Assembly: GCF_001194135.2 (NCBI RefSeq)
Contig: NC_069003.1
Coordinates: 5,327,208 to 5,391,207 of the forward strand
DNA length: 64,000 bases
Source: Octopus bimaculoides
Taxonomy: Eukaryota
Direction of reading: 5' to 3'
Below, piece by piece: positions 11,887 to 24,735 of the stretch. The position numbers and the translations under genes are program-made. Each line of letters starts with the position of its first letter. Position 1 is the stretch's first letter. The notes beneath the pieces are model-generated. The model searched no databases. It saw only the letters and a list, made by a program, of their open reading frames with translations, and was not told where the DNA came from.

Positions 11887-12008
11887 GCAAACAAGGCACA
11901 AGGCCCAGACTTTAAATCGTGTAGGTGTATATTTTCACCCACTCCGATCTTTACACATGGTCAGTTATACGTCACAATGAGTAGAGCAACGGATGCCAAT
12001 AATTTTTA
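11887..12008 (+). pseudogene. Frameshifted Helitron RepHel (Pif1-like helicase) C-terminal motifs
   Basis: Across two frameshifts reads NKAQG / QTLNRVGVYF / PIFTHGQLYVTMSRAT, matching the TINKSQGQ...FSHGQLYVALSR motif. Confidence 0.85.
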
Positions 12009-12069
12009 AAATTAGTGTCAACCAAACAGAAACTATTGTCTACAAAGATGTTTTGTAATTGTATTGATA

Positions 12070-12357
12070 TTATCGAAAGGAATATTTCCCACTTCCTGAT
12101 GTTTAGTGCGTCTTTCTTCCAACCAGTTCATCGGGCTTGACACAAGTATCGTTCTTCTTCCTCTGTTTCTTCTTTTCCCTTCAATCTTTCCGGTCTTTGC
12201 TAAATTCTCCAGGTCCTCTTTCCTCATCACATGACCAAGAAACCTCAGTTGCTTGGCTCTTATCTCACAAAGCAGTTTCCTATTTACCAAGGCCTGCATC
12301 ATCACTTCTTCATTAAACACTTTGCCAGTCCATCCCATCCTCAATATCCTCCTTATA
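12070..12357 (-). mobile_element. RTE-clade LINE 3' fragment
   Basis: RRILRMGWTGKVFNEEV...QLRFLGHVMRKEDLENLAKTGKIEGKRRNRGRR is typical of the RTE ORF C-terminus. Confidence 0.88.
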
Positions 12358-12363
12358 TACACA

Positions 12364-12590
12364 CACGACGGGGGTGCTGGAAAGTTCATGACTTTGGGTA
12401 AAAGAAAATACAGGAGGAGGATCAGTTAATTTATGATTTTATTCTACATATTCCCCTCTCAGATTCACACACTTATTGCAGCAATCCTTCAGTTTTTCTG
12501 AGTCCTGTAAAAGAACTCTGAGGGTTGGGCCTCCAGCCAGGCCTTTCACGATAGCCTTAAGGCCCAAAACTTTTCAGTACCCCACTCATA
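12364..12590. mobile_element. Mariner-type MITE
   Basis: Imperfect TIRs acgacgggggtgctggaaagttc / aaacttttcagtaccccactcata, ending in TA. Confidence 0.75.
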
Positions 12591-12825
12591 AGTTAAGTTC
12601 TTTAACCCTCGGCAATGGAGTAATGGGTCACTGATAAAGATTAATCAAATCCGAAATCAGCACTGATATGACTCCATCTCATTTGCCAGTCATTAGAAAA
12701 ATGCTAACACGTGACTGAAAGCATTACTCCTAGCAATGCTGGTGCTGACTAGTACCCTCACTCACTTTAGTGAAGATTATACTTGTTACATTTCAGTTGT
12801 AAATTGTGAATAGCCACCTTAACAA

Positions 12826-12861
<36 letters not shown>

Positions 12862-13340
12862 GTTAAAGAGGACAACAAACGTTAAGGCAAGGCAAACATC
12901 TCAAGCTGTACACATTATTATTATTATTGGAAAAAATGCTTCTTTTTTTCTTCTCTTTCTTCTCTCTCTCTTCATCTCCTTATTCCTTTACTCCTGTCCT
13001 CTATGTCATCATTTCATTAATCTATACCCTTCTCATTTTCCCTATTTGTCTCTGATGATGGAATATCCCATACTCATGGATATTCCAGAAATAGCTGTAA
13101 GACTTTGAATTTTTTCCCACATACGACAGTTTTGCAAAAAATATTTCTGACTGAAAATATCATACATGCATGGAATTAAGATTTTATGCACCCAGCAAAG
13201 TATTATTGTTAAGCTGAAACTGTTGCTTATGTAAACAAACGAAATGGTAAGGTGAAACTATTTTTTCGCTTTCTGAAAAAGCAATGTTTTTGGACTTACG
13301 ACACTTTTGCATAATAGCAACAATATGTGTGTGTGCATGT

Positions 13341-13385
<45 letters not shown>

Positions 13386-13898
13386 TACAAATGTAGATTT
13401 AGTTTTTTTTATTTGGTTTGCAATATTCTTGCATTGTTTGGATTAGCTCATCCTTTCTTTCTTATTCTTGTATAAATATTGCTTCCCAGTGCAACAGCAG
13501 TAAGGAATGCTCAATCCAAAAGATTGATGGTTCAAATCTACACACCTCTGACCCTCCTAACGTCACTTCAACATCCAGAGGGAAGATTTCTAGAAACTAT
13601 GCAGAGCTTAGAAGTAGGATGATTCCCTGGAAGGAGGAGGACGGATAATGTCTTTATTGGAATTATTGACATCAGACACCGAAAGTAGAGTAAGGTGAAA
13701 CAGATACAGCGAAACGGCATATTTAAAGGATTTCATACTGAGATGTGAATGTGGAATTCATGTGTACTTTTATTAGTCTTATTTTGGCTGTTTCTACTTT
13801 TATAATCATGTAATATTTCAAGACACATACACACAAACACACACATATATAAATGTATATATGTGTGTGTGTATGTATATATATATATATATATATAT

Positions 13899-13943
<45 letters not shown>

Positions 13944-14094
13944 TCTATATATATAAACACGAAATTATCCCTAATTGTGGTTTGGAGTTTGACTGCTTCT
14001 TCTAGCAGGTTAGATGTCCTATTATGGACATCTCTCTAATGTGTTTAAATGTAAACTGTATGTATTTATATATATATATGTATATATATTATTT

Positions 14095-14310
14095 TCTGTT
14101 GTTGTTTCAGTCATTTGACTGTGGCCATGCTTTAGCGCCACCTTTAGTCGAACGAATCGTCCCCAGGACTTATTCTTTGTAAGCCTAGTACTTATTCCAT
14201 CAGTCACTTTTGCCGAACCACTAAGTTACGCAAATGTAAACACACCAGCATCGGTTGTCAAGTGATGGTGAGGGAACAAACATAGAGAGAGATAGATAGA
14301 TAGATATGTA

Positions 14311-14357
<47 letters not shown>

Positions 14358-14499
14358 GCAACAGGCTTCTTTCAGTTTCCATCTACCAAATCCTCTCACA
14401 AGGTTTTGGTCAGCCCGAGACTATAGTAGAAGACTATAGTCTTCTACTATAGTCTTCTACTGCCCAAGGTGCCACGCAGTGGGACTGAACCTAGAACTA
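14095..14499 (-). mobile_element. SINE family A with internal 34-bp palindrome, followed by a B head fragment to 14542
   Basis: Full A tail and head on minus; palindrome 14420-14453. Confidence 0.88.
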
Positions 14500-15704
14500 A
14501 GCATTCCATCCAGCGTGCTAACGATTCTGCCAGGCCACCACTTTACAATCGTATTGTATAATGCTTAGCATACATATCAGTCCAGACATGTAAACATAAT
14601 TTATTATTCGCTGAAAGTTTTACTACACGATAAAGGTTGTGAAACAGTCACAATCATAAGATTTGACAACTGGTTAAATAAATATGTTCACATCTCATAT
14701 CTTCTGACATTTTATGGTTTATATATATATATATATATATGTATATAATCACCATTTAACATCCTTTTTCGTAACGCTGGTATATAATACCATTTGTGTA
14801 TCACAAGACACATCCCAAGATATCTTGCAGCAGACACTGATATGCGTCATAGAGGAGTGCACTTCATAAATAAAACGAGAACATGTAAAAAGATACAGTC
14901 ACAAGCAAGACAAGAATCGGATATGGAAAGCAAATACTTCTAATAGTGTATCAAAGGTCTCCGACTGACATTGAATTTCTAAGAAAGTGGAACAAGAATA
15001 AGAATAGTACTTGTAAGAAAAGGCGGGAAACCAGTGCCGCAAGTCCATTTTTAGGTCTTGCATTATCATTATCATCATTCAATGTTAGTGTTCCATGTTG
15101 GCATGAGCTAGATCACTGGTACCCGAAGTGGGCGGTACCATCCCCTCACTCTGGGGGCAGTGGAAAGAGATGGGGAGGGAGGGGCGTTGAAGAAAGATGA
15201 GGTGATAATAGGTGACCAAAACGGGTCAATGGATGTAAAGAAAACAAACAAAATAAGGGTTAATTAGGTTACGTCTTATTTGTGAAATACTGCTGTTTTT
15301 TTTTATTTGCTGCAGAAAATGGTCTGTGTCGGTGATGGTGAGGGGTGGGGCACTAGGAATATGACCTTAGAACCAAGGGGGCAGCAGCCTGAAAAAGTTT
15401 GGGAACCACTGGGCTAGATGGATGAACAGGAGCCAACAGGACAGAGGACTGTTTCAAAATTTAATGTCGGCTTTGGCATGGTTTCTTCGGCTGGCTGCCC
15501 TTCATAATGTCTAACACCCTTCCTAGCATGACAATCCAAAGTGCTGAAGATATATTCTGAAAAAATTCATTATATGGCTAAATTTTGACAGGATCTAACA
15601 ATCCATCACCGGAGATATCCCAATACTGTTGGATGACAAGTTTGTTGCCCTAATACTGTAGGGTGTCAAGCTGCATTTATGTTAACATGTGTGTGTGTGT
15701 GTGT

Positions 15705-15972
15705 GTGTTGTGTTCTTGAGCAAGACACTTTATTTCACGTTGCTCCAGTTGACTCAGCTGTAGAAATGAGTAGTGACGTTGCTGTTGCTAAGCTGAATCG
15801 GCCTCTTTGCCTTCCCCTTGGATAACATCAGTGGCATGGAGAAGGCAGGCCGATATGCATGGGTGACTGCTGGTCTTCCATGAACAACCTTGCCTGGACT
15901 TGTGCCTCGGAGGGGGACTTTCTAGGTGCAAATCCCACGGTCATTCATGACCGAAGGGGGTCTTTATCCCTT
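15705..15972 (+). mobile_element. SINE family D body and tail
   Basis: cttgagcaagacactttatttcacgttgctccag...tcattcatgaccgaagggggtc; reverse copies at 32713-33050 and 46940-47275. Confidence 0.85.
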
Positions 15973-17513
15973 TATTGACACTGACATCAATGTCTCAGAC
16001 ACTGCAGTCCGACGATGGCTTAACCTACCAAAACTTCAAAGTCACTATCAAGAAAGTACAGAATAACTCATCAGATTAATGTAAAATTGTTTCTATTATA
16101 ACTGAACATAAAAACAAACATTAACAATATATGTANNNNNNNNNNNNNNNNNNNNNNNNNNNNNNNNNNNNNNNNNNNNNNNNNNNNNNNNNNNNNNNNN
16201 NNNNNNNNNNNNNNNNNNNNNNNNNNNNNNNNNNNNNNNNNNNNNNNNNNNNNNNNNNNNNNNNNNNNNNNNNNNNNNNNNNNNNNNNNNNNNNNNNNNN
16301 NNNNNNNNNNNNNNNNNNNNNNNNNNNNNNNNNNNNNNNNNNNNNNNNNNNNNNNNNNNNNNNNNNNNNNNNNNNNNNNNNNNNNNNNNNNNNNNNNNNN
16401 NNNNNNNNNNNNNNNNNNNNNNNNNNNNNNNNNNNNNNNNNNNNNNNNNNNNNNNNNNNNNNNNNNNNNNNNNNNNNNNNNNNNNNNNNNNNNNNNNNNN
16501 NNNNNNNNNNNNNNNNNNNNNNNNNNNNNNNNNNNNNNNNNNNNNNNNNNNNNNNNNNNNNNNNNNNNNNNNNNNNNNNNNNNNNNNNNNNGACGGTGGT
16601 GGGAGTGGTGGTGGGGTTGGTGGTGGTGGTGTCCAGACATGTCCACTGCCCTCTACCAGTCATATGAATATAAATACATGTATAAATATACACGTGAACA
16701 ACATATATACATGTACATACATCTACATGTAAGTCAATATACATAAATAGGTGTGTACATACACACACTCACAAACCCATACATACATTCATATACACAC
16801 ACAGACACACGCGCTCACACACATTCACATATATACAAATACACACACACATATATACATACACATATACACACACATATATATATAAACACATATACAC
16901 ACATGCATATATACATACATACACATAAAAATACACATACATACACATAAAATTACACATATTCATACATATAAAAATACACATATTCACACACACACAC
17001 ACACACACTACAACCTTGCATAAGATGCTTTGTAGCATTCTTTCCATCTCTGCGATATTCTTCCCCTCATTTCCCCCCTCTCCCCCTCCCTCTCTATCAG
17101 TCTATCTACCAATCTATGTAGTTCTCCAGAGGAAACTAGCTGTGCTCAGCCTTACAGACGGATGGGCTCCCTCAATCTGACCTGGGGCTAAACAGCACCA
17201 ACAATAACAAGCTGAACAGAGTGAAGTTATGACAAAGACAGTGATTGGTTATCAAAATGTAAAACTGTATATACACTCTGCTGAGGTATAAAGTGTAGGT
17301 GGAAGTCAGCATGATTTAAATGGTTCCAGGTTCAACCCTAATAATATCCAGCATCTGAGCAAGTGTCCTCTACTGTGCCAAACCAACCAGTGCTTTCAAC
17401 CAGTGAATTTGGTAGAAGGAAACTGTGCAGAAGACCATTGTGTTTATTCAAATACACATATATATATATAGATAGATAGATAGATATATAAGCAAATAGC
17501 TTCATTGCCAAGT

Positions 17514-17546
<33 letters not shown>

Positions 17547-17594
17547 GCATGGATATATATATATAGCTGCATCTAAGAAAGTAACAGCTAGTTC

Positions 17595-17625
<31 letters not shown>

Positions 17626-17842
17626 TGGATGGATGGATGTGTATGTGTGAATGTAAGTATGTGCGTATGCATGCTTGCACACCTGTATGCATGTATGTTA
17701 TGTATGTGTGCACATATGTATCTATGTACTTACGTATGTATGTGAGTATATAGGCATGTAAGTTAGAAGATGTGCCTGTGTGTATATGTGTATGTACATG
17801 TGAACGTATATCTATGTACTGATATGTGTGTCTGCATGTATA

Positions 17843-17906
<64 letters not shown>

Positions 17907-17919
17907 AAATAGTGGACAA

Positions 17920-18062
17920 TGGTTGGTGTTAGGAATGAAATTCAGCCATAGAGCCCATATCAATACAGACAATGCAAGCCTGGTGTGGCTCCTGTCAAAC
18001 TGTCCAACCCATGCCAGCATGGAAAAACAGACATTAGAAGATGATGATGACGATGATGATTA
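17920..18062 (+). mobile_element. Family C SINE tail
   Basis: ctgtccaacccatgccagcatggaaaaacagacattagaagatgatgatg. Confidence 0.8.
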
Positions 18063-18229
18063 TGAAAGGCCAGCAGTCTTGAAGGGAACAGGGAGTGGGG
18101 TTAAGACTTGAGAGGCCGATCCTAGACCTGCACAATCAGAACTTGCCTGGGGTTAAACAACAAGGACAAAACAAAAAAATTTAAAACAAAAAGATAGAGT
18201 AAAAAAAAAACAACCATGAAAACTAAATA

Positions 18230-18390
18230 TATACGAAAATTGGCCAAGTTCTCACAGCAAAGTGTCAAACGCTTAGCCATTAAGACGCTTCCTTCATCTT
18301 CAGAAACGGTCAGCATGTCTCCAAGATGTTTGAAAGAGTCTGTCTTCACACTTTGTTTTACGATTTCTTCGTTATTGTTTTCTGATGCAA
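18230..18390 (-). pseudogene. Decayed LINE (RTE-like) reverse transcriptase fragment
   Basis: VKQSVKTDSFKHLGDML...MAKR resembles EQVDSFKYLGS...AMAK of non-LTR RT. Confidence 0.5.
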
Positions 18391-18519
18391 AGGCAGAGAT
18401 ATTAGGATACAACTAAAGTGACATGCACGCACGCGCACGTGTGTGTGTGTGTGGTGTGTTATGTGTGAATACGATTGTGCGCGTGTGTGTATGCCAGCAC
18501 AGATATGTAATACACATGA

Positions 18520-18580
<61 letters not shown>

Positions 18581-18937
18581 NNNNNNNNNNNNNNNNNNNN
18601 NNNNNNNNNNNNNNNNNNNNNNNNNNNNNNNNNNNNNNNNNNNNNNNNNNNNNNNNNNNNNNNNNNNNNNNNNNNNNNNNNNNNNNNNNNNNNNNNNNNN
18701 NNNNNNNNNNNNNNNNNNNNNNNNNNNNNNNNNNNNNNNNNNNNNNNNNNNNNNNNNNNNNNNNNNNNNNNNNNNNNNNNNNNNNNNNNNNNNNNNNNNN
18801 NNNNNNNNNNNNNNNNNNNNNNNNNNNNNNNNNNNNNNNNNNNNNNNNNNNNNNNNNNNNNNNNNNNNNNNNNNNNNNNNNNNNNNNNNNNNNNNNNNNN
18901 NNNNNNNNNNNNNNNNNNNNNNNNNNNNNNNNNNNNN

Positions 18938-18988
<51 letters not shown>

Positions 18989-19079
18989 TATATACATATA
19001 TATATATATATAAAGTATATATATGTATGTATTTAAATATATATATACATGCATATATGTGCTTGTGTGTGTGTGTATG

Positions 19080-19118
<39 letters not shown>

Positions 19119-19469
19119 AGTATTTGTACATGCATGTATCTGTGTGTGTGTGTGTGTGTACACATACATACTCCTACACCCATACACCCATATTATTACA
19201 CTGACCTAGAGTCCTTCTTATTATATACAGTCTTCCGTCGTCCGCTTACATTTCACTCTGAGGACTAAGGACCCTTCAGTTCATCTTTAAATTAGGAAGT
19301 AAAAGGAGAGACAAGCAGAAATCGCCACAACCTGCACAACACGAGAAACCAGCCACTAAATGGTCACTCCATTTGCTAGAAGTAGTAGCCAAATCTCTCT
19401 CAAATTGTATTGTACTGACTTAAAAGAAGTAAATAATGACCGTTTTTAAATTCTGGTACAGGGACAAGC

Positions 19470-19682
19470 AATGGTGGAGGGACAAACACACACACATTGA
19501 CACATATATAAGACATGCTTCTTTCATGCTTCTTTCAGTTTCCATCTACCAAATCCACTCACAAGGCTTTGGTCAGCACAAGGCTATAGTAAAAGACACT
19601 TGCTCAAGGTTCCATGCAGTGGTACTGAACCCGGAGCCATGTGGTTGGTAAGCAAGCTACTTACCACACAGCCACTCCTATA
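19470..19682 (-). mobile_element. SINE family A 5' half
   Basis: Reverse complement of the 1677 head, highly similar. Confidence 0.9.
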
Positions 19683-20658
19683 AATATAAATTTATATATT
19701 ATATATATATATATATATATATNNNNNNNNNNNNNNNNNNNNNNNNNNNNNNNNNNNNNNNNNNNNNNNNNNNNNNNNNNNNNNNNNNNNNNNNNNNNNN
19801 NNNNNNNNNNNNNNNNNNNNNNNNNNNNNNNNNNNNNNNNNNNNNNNNNNNNNNNNNNNNNNNNNNNNNNNNNNNNNNNNNNNNNNNNNNNNNNNNNNNN
19901 NNNNNNNNNNNNNNNNNNNNNNNNNNNNNNNNNNNNNNNNNNNNNNNNNNNNNNNNNNNNNNNNNNNNNNNNNNNNNNNNNNNNNNNNNNNNNNNNNNNN
20001 NNNNNNNNNNNNNNNNNNNNNNNNNNNNNNNNNNNNNNNNNNNNNNNNNNNNNNNNNNNNNNNNNNNNNNNNNNNNNNNNNNNNNNNNNNNNNNNNNNNN
20101 NNNNNNNNNNNNNNNNNNNNNNNNNNNNNNNNNNNNNNNNNNNNNNNNNNNNNNNNNNNNNNNNNNNNNNNNNNNNNNNNNNNNNNNNNNNNNNNNNNNN
20201 NNNNNNNNNNNNNNNNNNNNNNNNNNNNNNNNNNNNNNNNNNNNNNNNNNNNNNNNNNNNNNNNNNNNNNNNNNNNNNNTCTACAAGTGAGGAATTTCTG
20301 TTTGGTTTTTGTTTAAGTAAATAGGCAAACAGAGCAAGAATTGCACCCTTTTATGTGCACGAATCAACATCCAGCATTCCTGCAATTCCAAAGAGAAAGA
20401 CTACAATAAGAGAAGAGCCGAAGATAAATTCAAGATAATGATTACATGTGTGTGTGTGTGTGTGTGCATGACTGTATTGTTTAAATATATATATATGCAT
20501 GTCTGTGTATCTGTATGTGTGTATGTATATGCATGTGTGGGTGTGTATTCATATAAATATATGATGGCATGTATGTGTGTGTGTGTGTGTGTGTGTGTAT
20601 GCATGTATATAAGTATATATATGCGTGTGTGTATACATATATATATTTATATATATAC

Positions 20659-20692
<34 letters not shown>

Positions 20693-21379
20693 GTATGCAT
20701 ATATGTATGTGTGTGTATGTATAGATATTTATATATATATTTATGTATATATATGTATGTATATATGTGTGGTGTGTGCATATGTATATATATGTGTGTG
20801 TGTGTATGTATATATATGTATGTATGTATATATGTTTGGTGTGTGCATATGGATATATATGTATGTGTGTGTATGTATATATATACACACACACACACAC
20901 ATACACATACACACACGCACGCACACATAATATGAGTGTGTATTTGTGTATATATGTGTGTGACATATACAGCTGTAAGAAAAATTCTAAGACATCATCG
21001 TTTCTTCATTGCATACTTTTGTCAGAGTTTTGCTTTCGAGAAAGTGAGAAAGCCGAAAGCCGGGGTGTATTTTTGTGCTGTGTGTAGGAGGAGGGTATCT
21101 TATTTTGAGAAGTGAAAGTGAGAGGCTGAAGGGGGGTAAGGGGAGCGGGGTTAGGGAAGAAGTGTAAGTTCGTTCTGACAGCCACCACCCCTCCGTCTAC
21201 ACCATCCCCACCGCTACCTCTACCACCACCACCCACAGGCATCATCCATCAACAGATTCCTTCCTTATTTTCGATGTGTGTGGGNNNNNNNNNNTGGGTG
21301 GGGTGGGGGTGTAATATCTCATTATCTCATATCAAAACCCTAAAATATATTCACAGCAGAAATATTTACATAGAGGTGA

Positions 21380-21829
21380 ATGATGATAATGATGATGATG
21401 ATGATGGTGCTGATGGTGATGACGACGGTGGTGATGGTGGTCGTGAAGGTGGTGGTGAGGGAGGTCGTTGTCACTATGGTCATCATCATATTGGTAAGGA
21501 GCATGATGGTGGTGTGGGGGACGAGGGGGATGCTGGTGATGATGGTGTTGGTGATGATGATGGTAGTGGTGATGATGGCAGCAGTGCTGGCAGTAGTAGT
21601 AGTAGTAGTAGTGGTGATGGTGGTGGTGGTTGAAGGGAGGTAGTGACAGCAACAGCAGCAGTAGTAGTGTTGGTGGTGATGATGATGGAGGTGGTGGTGG
21701 TGAAGGTGGTGGTGATAGTAGTTAGTAGTAGCAGCAGCAGTAGTAGTAGCGGTGGTAGTTATGGTGGTAAGTAGTAGTAGTAGTAGTAGTAGTGGTAGCA
21801 GCAGCAGCAGCAGTTGTAGTTAGTACTAC

Positions 21830-21861
<32 letters not shown>

Positions 21862-21862
21862 T
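21380..21862. repeat. Mixed (GAT/GGT/AGT/AGC)n tract switching to (ACT)n at about 21824
   Basis: Directly visible. Confidence 0.9.
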
Positions 21863-21881
21863 CACCGCAACATCCAGTCAC

Positions 21882-21921
21882 CGGTTTGACAGTGGAATAT
21901 GATGCTGATAAACTGAAGTTC
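21882..21921 (-). other. Candidate 40-nt micro-exon
   Basis: Minus: ggtttttacag|gaacttc...caaaccg|gtgact; strong acceptor, weak donor. Confidence 0.15.
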
Positions 21922-22377
21922 CTGTAAAAACCCTGAAGATAAAATTTATTCAGAAATTCTTACATTTTCTACAAGTTTCAAAACACAACCCTGGGGGGAA
22001 GCGAGTCTATTCGGACCAGTTTTTTATTTATTTTATTCCATTCCAGTTCATTTTCTCATTTTTTTTTTCTTATCTTACTTTCATTTTTTTGGAAGAGTGT
22101 TATTTAATCCCATAACCCTTTCACACATTCATAGAATATGAAAAGCGCTATTCCCATCCTTATTCCAGCATGGACAGGTTTTTGGGGTGGGTGGGATTTC
22201 CTTTATTTTTTTGCTGCTATGAAAAAGTACCCTATTTATGCATTAGTCACTCACTGCAGGATACAGGGTAAGGAATGACCCCCCCCCCCAACACACACAC
22301 ACATCTTCCTTCACCTGTCTCTGTTTTTCGGTTTTCCGCTTCTTGTACAATTCTGAACCATACATATTCTTTTGTTC

Positions 22378-22604
22378 TTTTATTCTTTTACTTGTTTCAG
22401 TCATTTGACAGCGGCCATGCTGGAGTGCCGCCTTTAGTCAAACAAAATCGACCCCCACCCCCAGGACTTATTCTTTGTAAGCCTGACACTTATTCTACAG
22501 TCTCTTTTGCCAGACCGCTAAGCTACAGGGAAGTAAACTCACCAACATCGGTTGTCAAGCGATGTGTGTGGGGTGGGAGGGGACGAACAGACACACAAAC
22601 ATAT

Positions 22605-22635
<31 letters not shown>

Positions 22636-22790
22636 CACACACAACAAGTTTCTTTCAGTTTCCGTCTACCAAATCAACTCACAAGTCTTTGGTCAGCCTG
22701 AGGCTACAGTAGAAGGCACTTGCCCAAGGTGCCATGCAGTGGGACTGAACCTAGAACCATGTGGTTGGTAAGCAAGCTACTTACCACAAA
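22378..22790 (-). mobile_element. SINE family A, near full length
   Basis: Complete tail, (TA/CA)n centre and head on minus. Confidence 0.9.
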
Positions 22791-23299
22791 GATACTTTTG
22801 CGCCTATATATACATATATACACGCACATATCTGTATACATAGGTAGATATACATATATGCATATATATAAATATATATACATATGTATACACATACATG
22901 TACACATATGCACACCATACATATATATATACATACATATAAATATACATACACACCCTTACATACATACATACAGATATATACACACATACACACCCAT
23001 ATATACATAAACACGCATCCATACATACATAAACACGCATCCATACATACATACATATATATACATACACACATACATATGTACACAGACACATACATAC
23101 CCATACATATATCCACACATGTACATCTATATATCACCAGTAAAATAGCTATTTCAGGTAGACAGTGGGAAAGGATAGGTGAGTTTTGGTGAAACTACCG
23201 ATTAGTGACAGCCATGCCTAGCTACCTACCTATCTGCCAATCCTATGAAAAACCAAAATAAATACAGCACCTGAAAAGTATCTAGGCAGGATGGCCATA

Positions 23300-23500
23300 T
23301 ATTGGTATTGACAATATATAACCCAACGTTAGAGGCATTTTGTCTGTCTTTCACTGTGAATTCAAATTCCACCAAGGTCAACTTTGCCTTTCATCCTTTC
23401 AGGGTTGGTAAAGTGAGTACCAGTCGAATACTGGGGTTGATGTAATCGATTTAACCTCTCTTTTGAAATTACTGGTTCTGTGCCAAAATTTGAAACCGGT
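23300..23500 (+). mobile_element. SINE family B, diverged
   Basis: ttcaaattccaccaaggtcaactttgcctttcatcctttcagggtt...gagtaccagt. Confidence 0.8.
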
Positions 23501-23511
23501 ATATATTCCAA

Positions 23512-24735
23512 CAACCATTTAGCATTTAAACCGGCCATATCTGGCCAAAATATTCTACGTGTTTTATGTCCAAATCAGATTCATTCTGGCCTTTCACACC
23601 TACCCTACAATGTCATTCTAAAATAAACAATCACATCATTAAAATCTCAGAGTAACAACACAATGCATGATTAATTCAAAACAATGTGAATCAATAAGTA
23701 TCATATTTGTTGGAGTAATCTGAATGTTAAACGGCTAACTCTTTAGCATTCAAACTGGCCATATCAGGCCCTCATAGTCTACCTGTTTCATGTTCAAACC
23801 AGCCAGATCCAGCCTCTCACACCTACCCTATCATGTCGTTCTAAAAGTAAACAATAACATCATTGAAACCATGAGATAATACCTGATTAATTCAAAACAA
23901 TGTGAATAAACAAACATTACATTTGACAGTAATTTAATAAAACCAGCTCAGATAATCTTGTTTAATGTTTAAACTTGCTAGATTCAGTCTCTTGCACCTA
24001 TCCTACAATGTCATTTTAAAAATAAACAATTACATCATTGAAAGCCTGAACCCATGAGATAATACCTGATTAATTCAAAGCAATGTGTATAAATAAGGAT
24101 CCCATTTGATAGAGTAATCGGAATGCTAAAGGGTAATTAATCCTTTAGCACTTAAACCGGCCAGAACTGGTCCAAATATTCTACATGCTTTATATTCAAA
24201 CTGGCCAAATCTGGTCCTTCACATCTACTTTAAAATGTCATCATAGAAATAAATAATCACATTATCAAACACTTGAAGCTACAAGGTAAGGCAAGATTAA
24301 TCCAAAACAATGTGAAGAGCACTCAGAGAGCGCAAACCTCTGCCAAGGCAACACCAACGTCCTCTCAACGATTAGCCAGAGATGATTTTTAAAATGAGAA
24401 TATCTGAAATAAACTCAACTGCTCTCACAAATGAGAATACTAAAAATGAACCCGACTGCTCTCAAAAATTAAGTAAAACAACAGGAAAAATAATCCAGAA
24501 TCCTTGTCTGGTACTGGATCAATCCCAAAATCTAACCAGTTTCTGCAAGTCACGGGGCCAAACATCCTTGAAAGTTTCATCCGAATTCATCCAGTGGTTC
24601 TTGAGATGTCTTATCCATGAACAAACAAACAAAAAAACAAACACAACTGAAAACAATACCCCTGCCTTCACTAAGGCAGAGGTAATAAATCAGCAATTAT
24701 ATTTTACAGAATATTCTGAATTCTAAAAGGTTAAA
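23512..24735. mobile_element. Head-to-tail array of about four TTAA-type (piggyBac-like) MITEs, family P1
   Basis: Units start taaccctttagcatt-like and end gaatgctaaaggg(t)taa; junctions at about 23737 and 24135; last unit split by a HINE. Confidence 0.75.
24315..24688 (-). mobile_element. Helentron-associated (HINE/DINE-1-like) non-autonomous element
   Basis: Minus: 5' hairpin acctctgcc..aaggcagg, (GTTT)n, subterminal cttggcagagg, 3' stem-loop gcgctctctgagtgc; second copy 43934-44306. Confidence 0.75.

Larger units (their letters stand above)
11285..12752 (+). mobile_element. Non-autonomous Helitron with duplicated 5' end and nested insertions
   Basis: A|TC start at 11285 with (CTGT)n; second 5' copy at about 11548; helicase remnant; 3' hairpin cctagcaatgctgg then CTAG|T at 12749-12753. 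Confidence 0.7.

Noticed and set aside
15301-15345. Plus-strand acceptor and 22-nt exon-like segment
   Set aside because: Isolated splice-like signal; shows how common pseudo-exons are here
15985-16078. Short open frame MSQTLQSDDGLTYQNFKVTIKK
   Set aside because: No convincing splice sites or homology
18413-20966. Long ORFs of 160-256 aa
   Set aside because: Made of N-runs and TA/TG microsatellites; the same applies at 3677, 16071, 48174, 55461, 56842 and 59851
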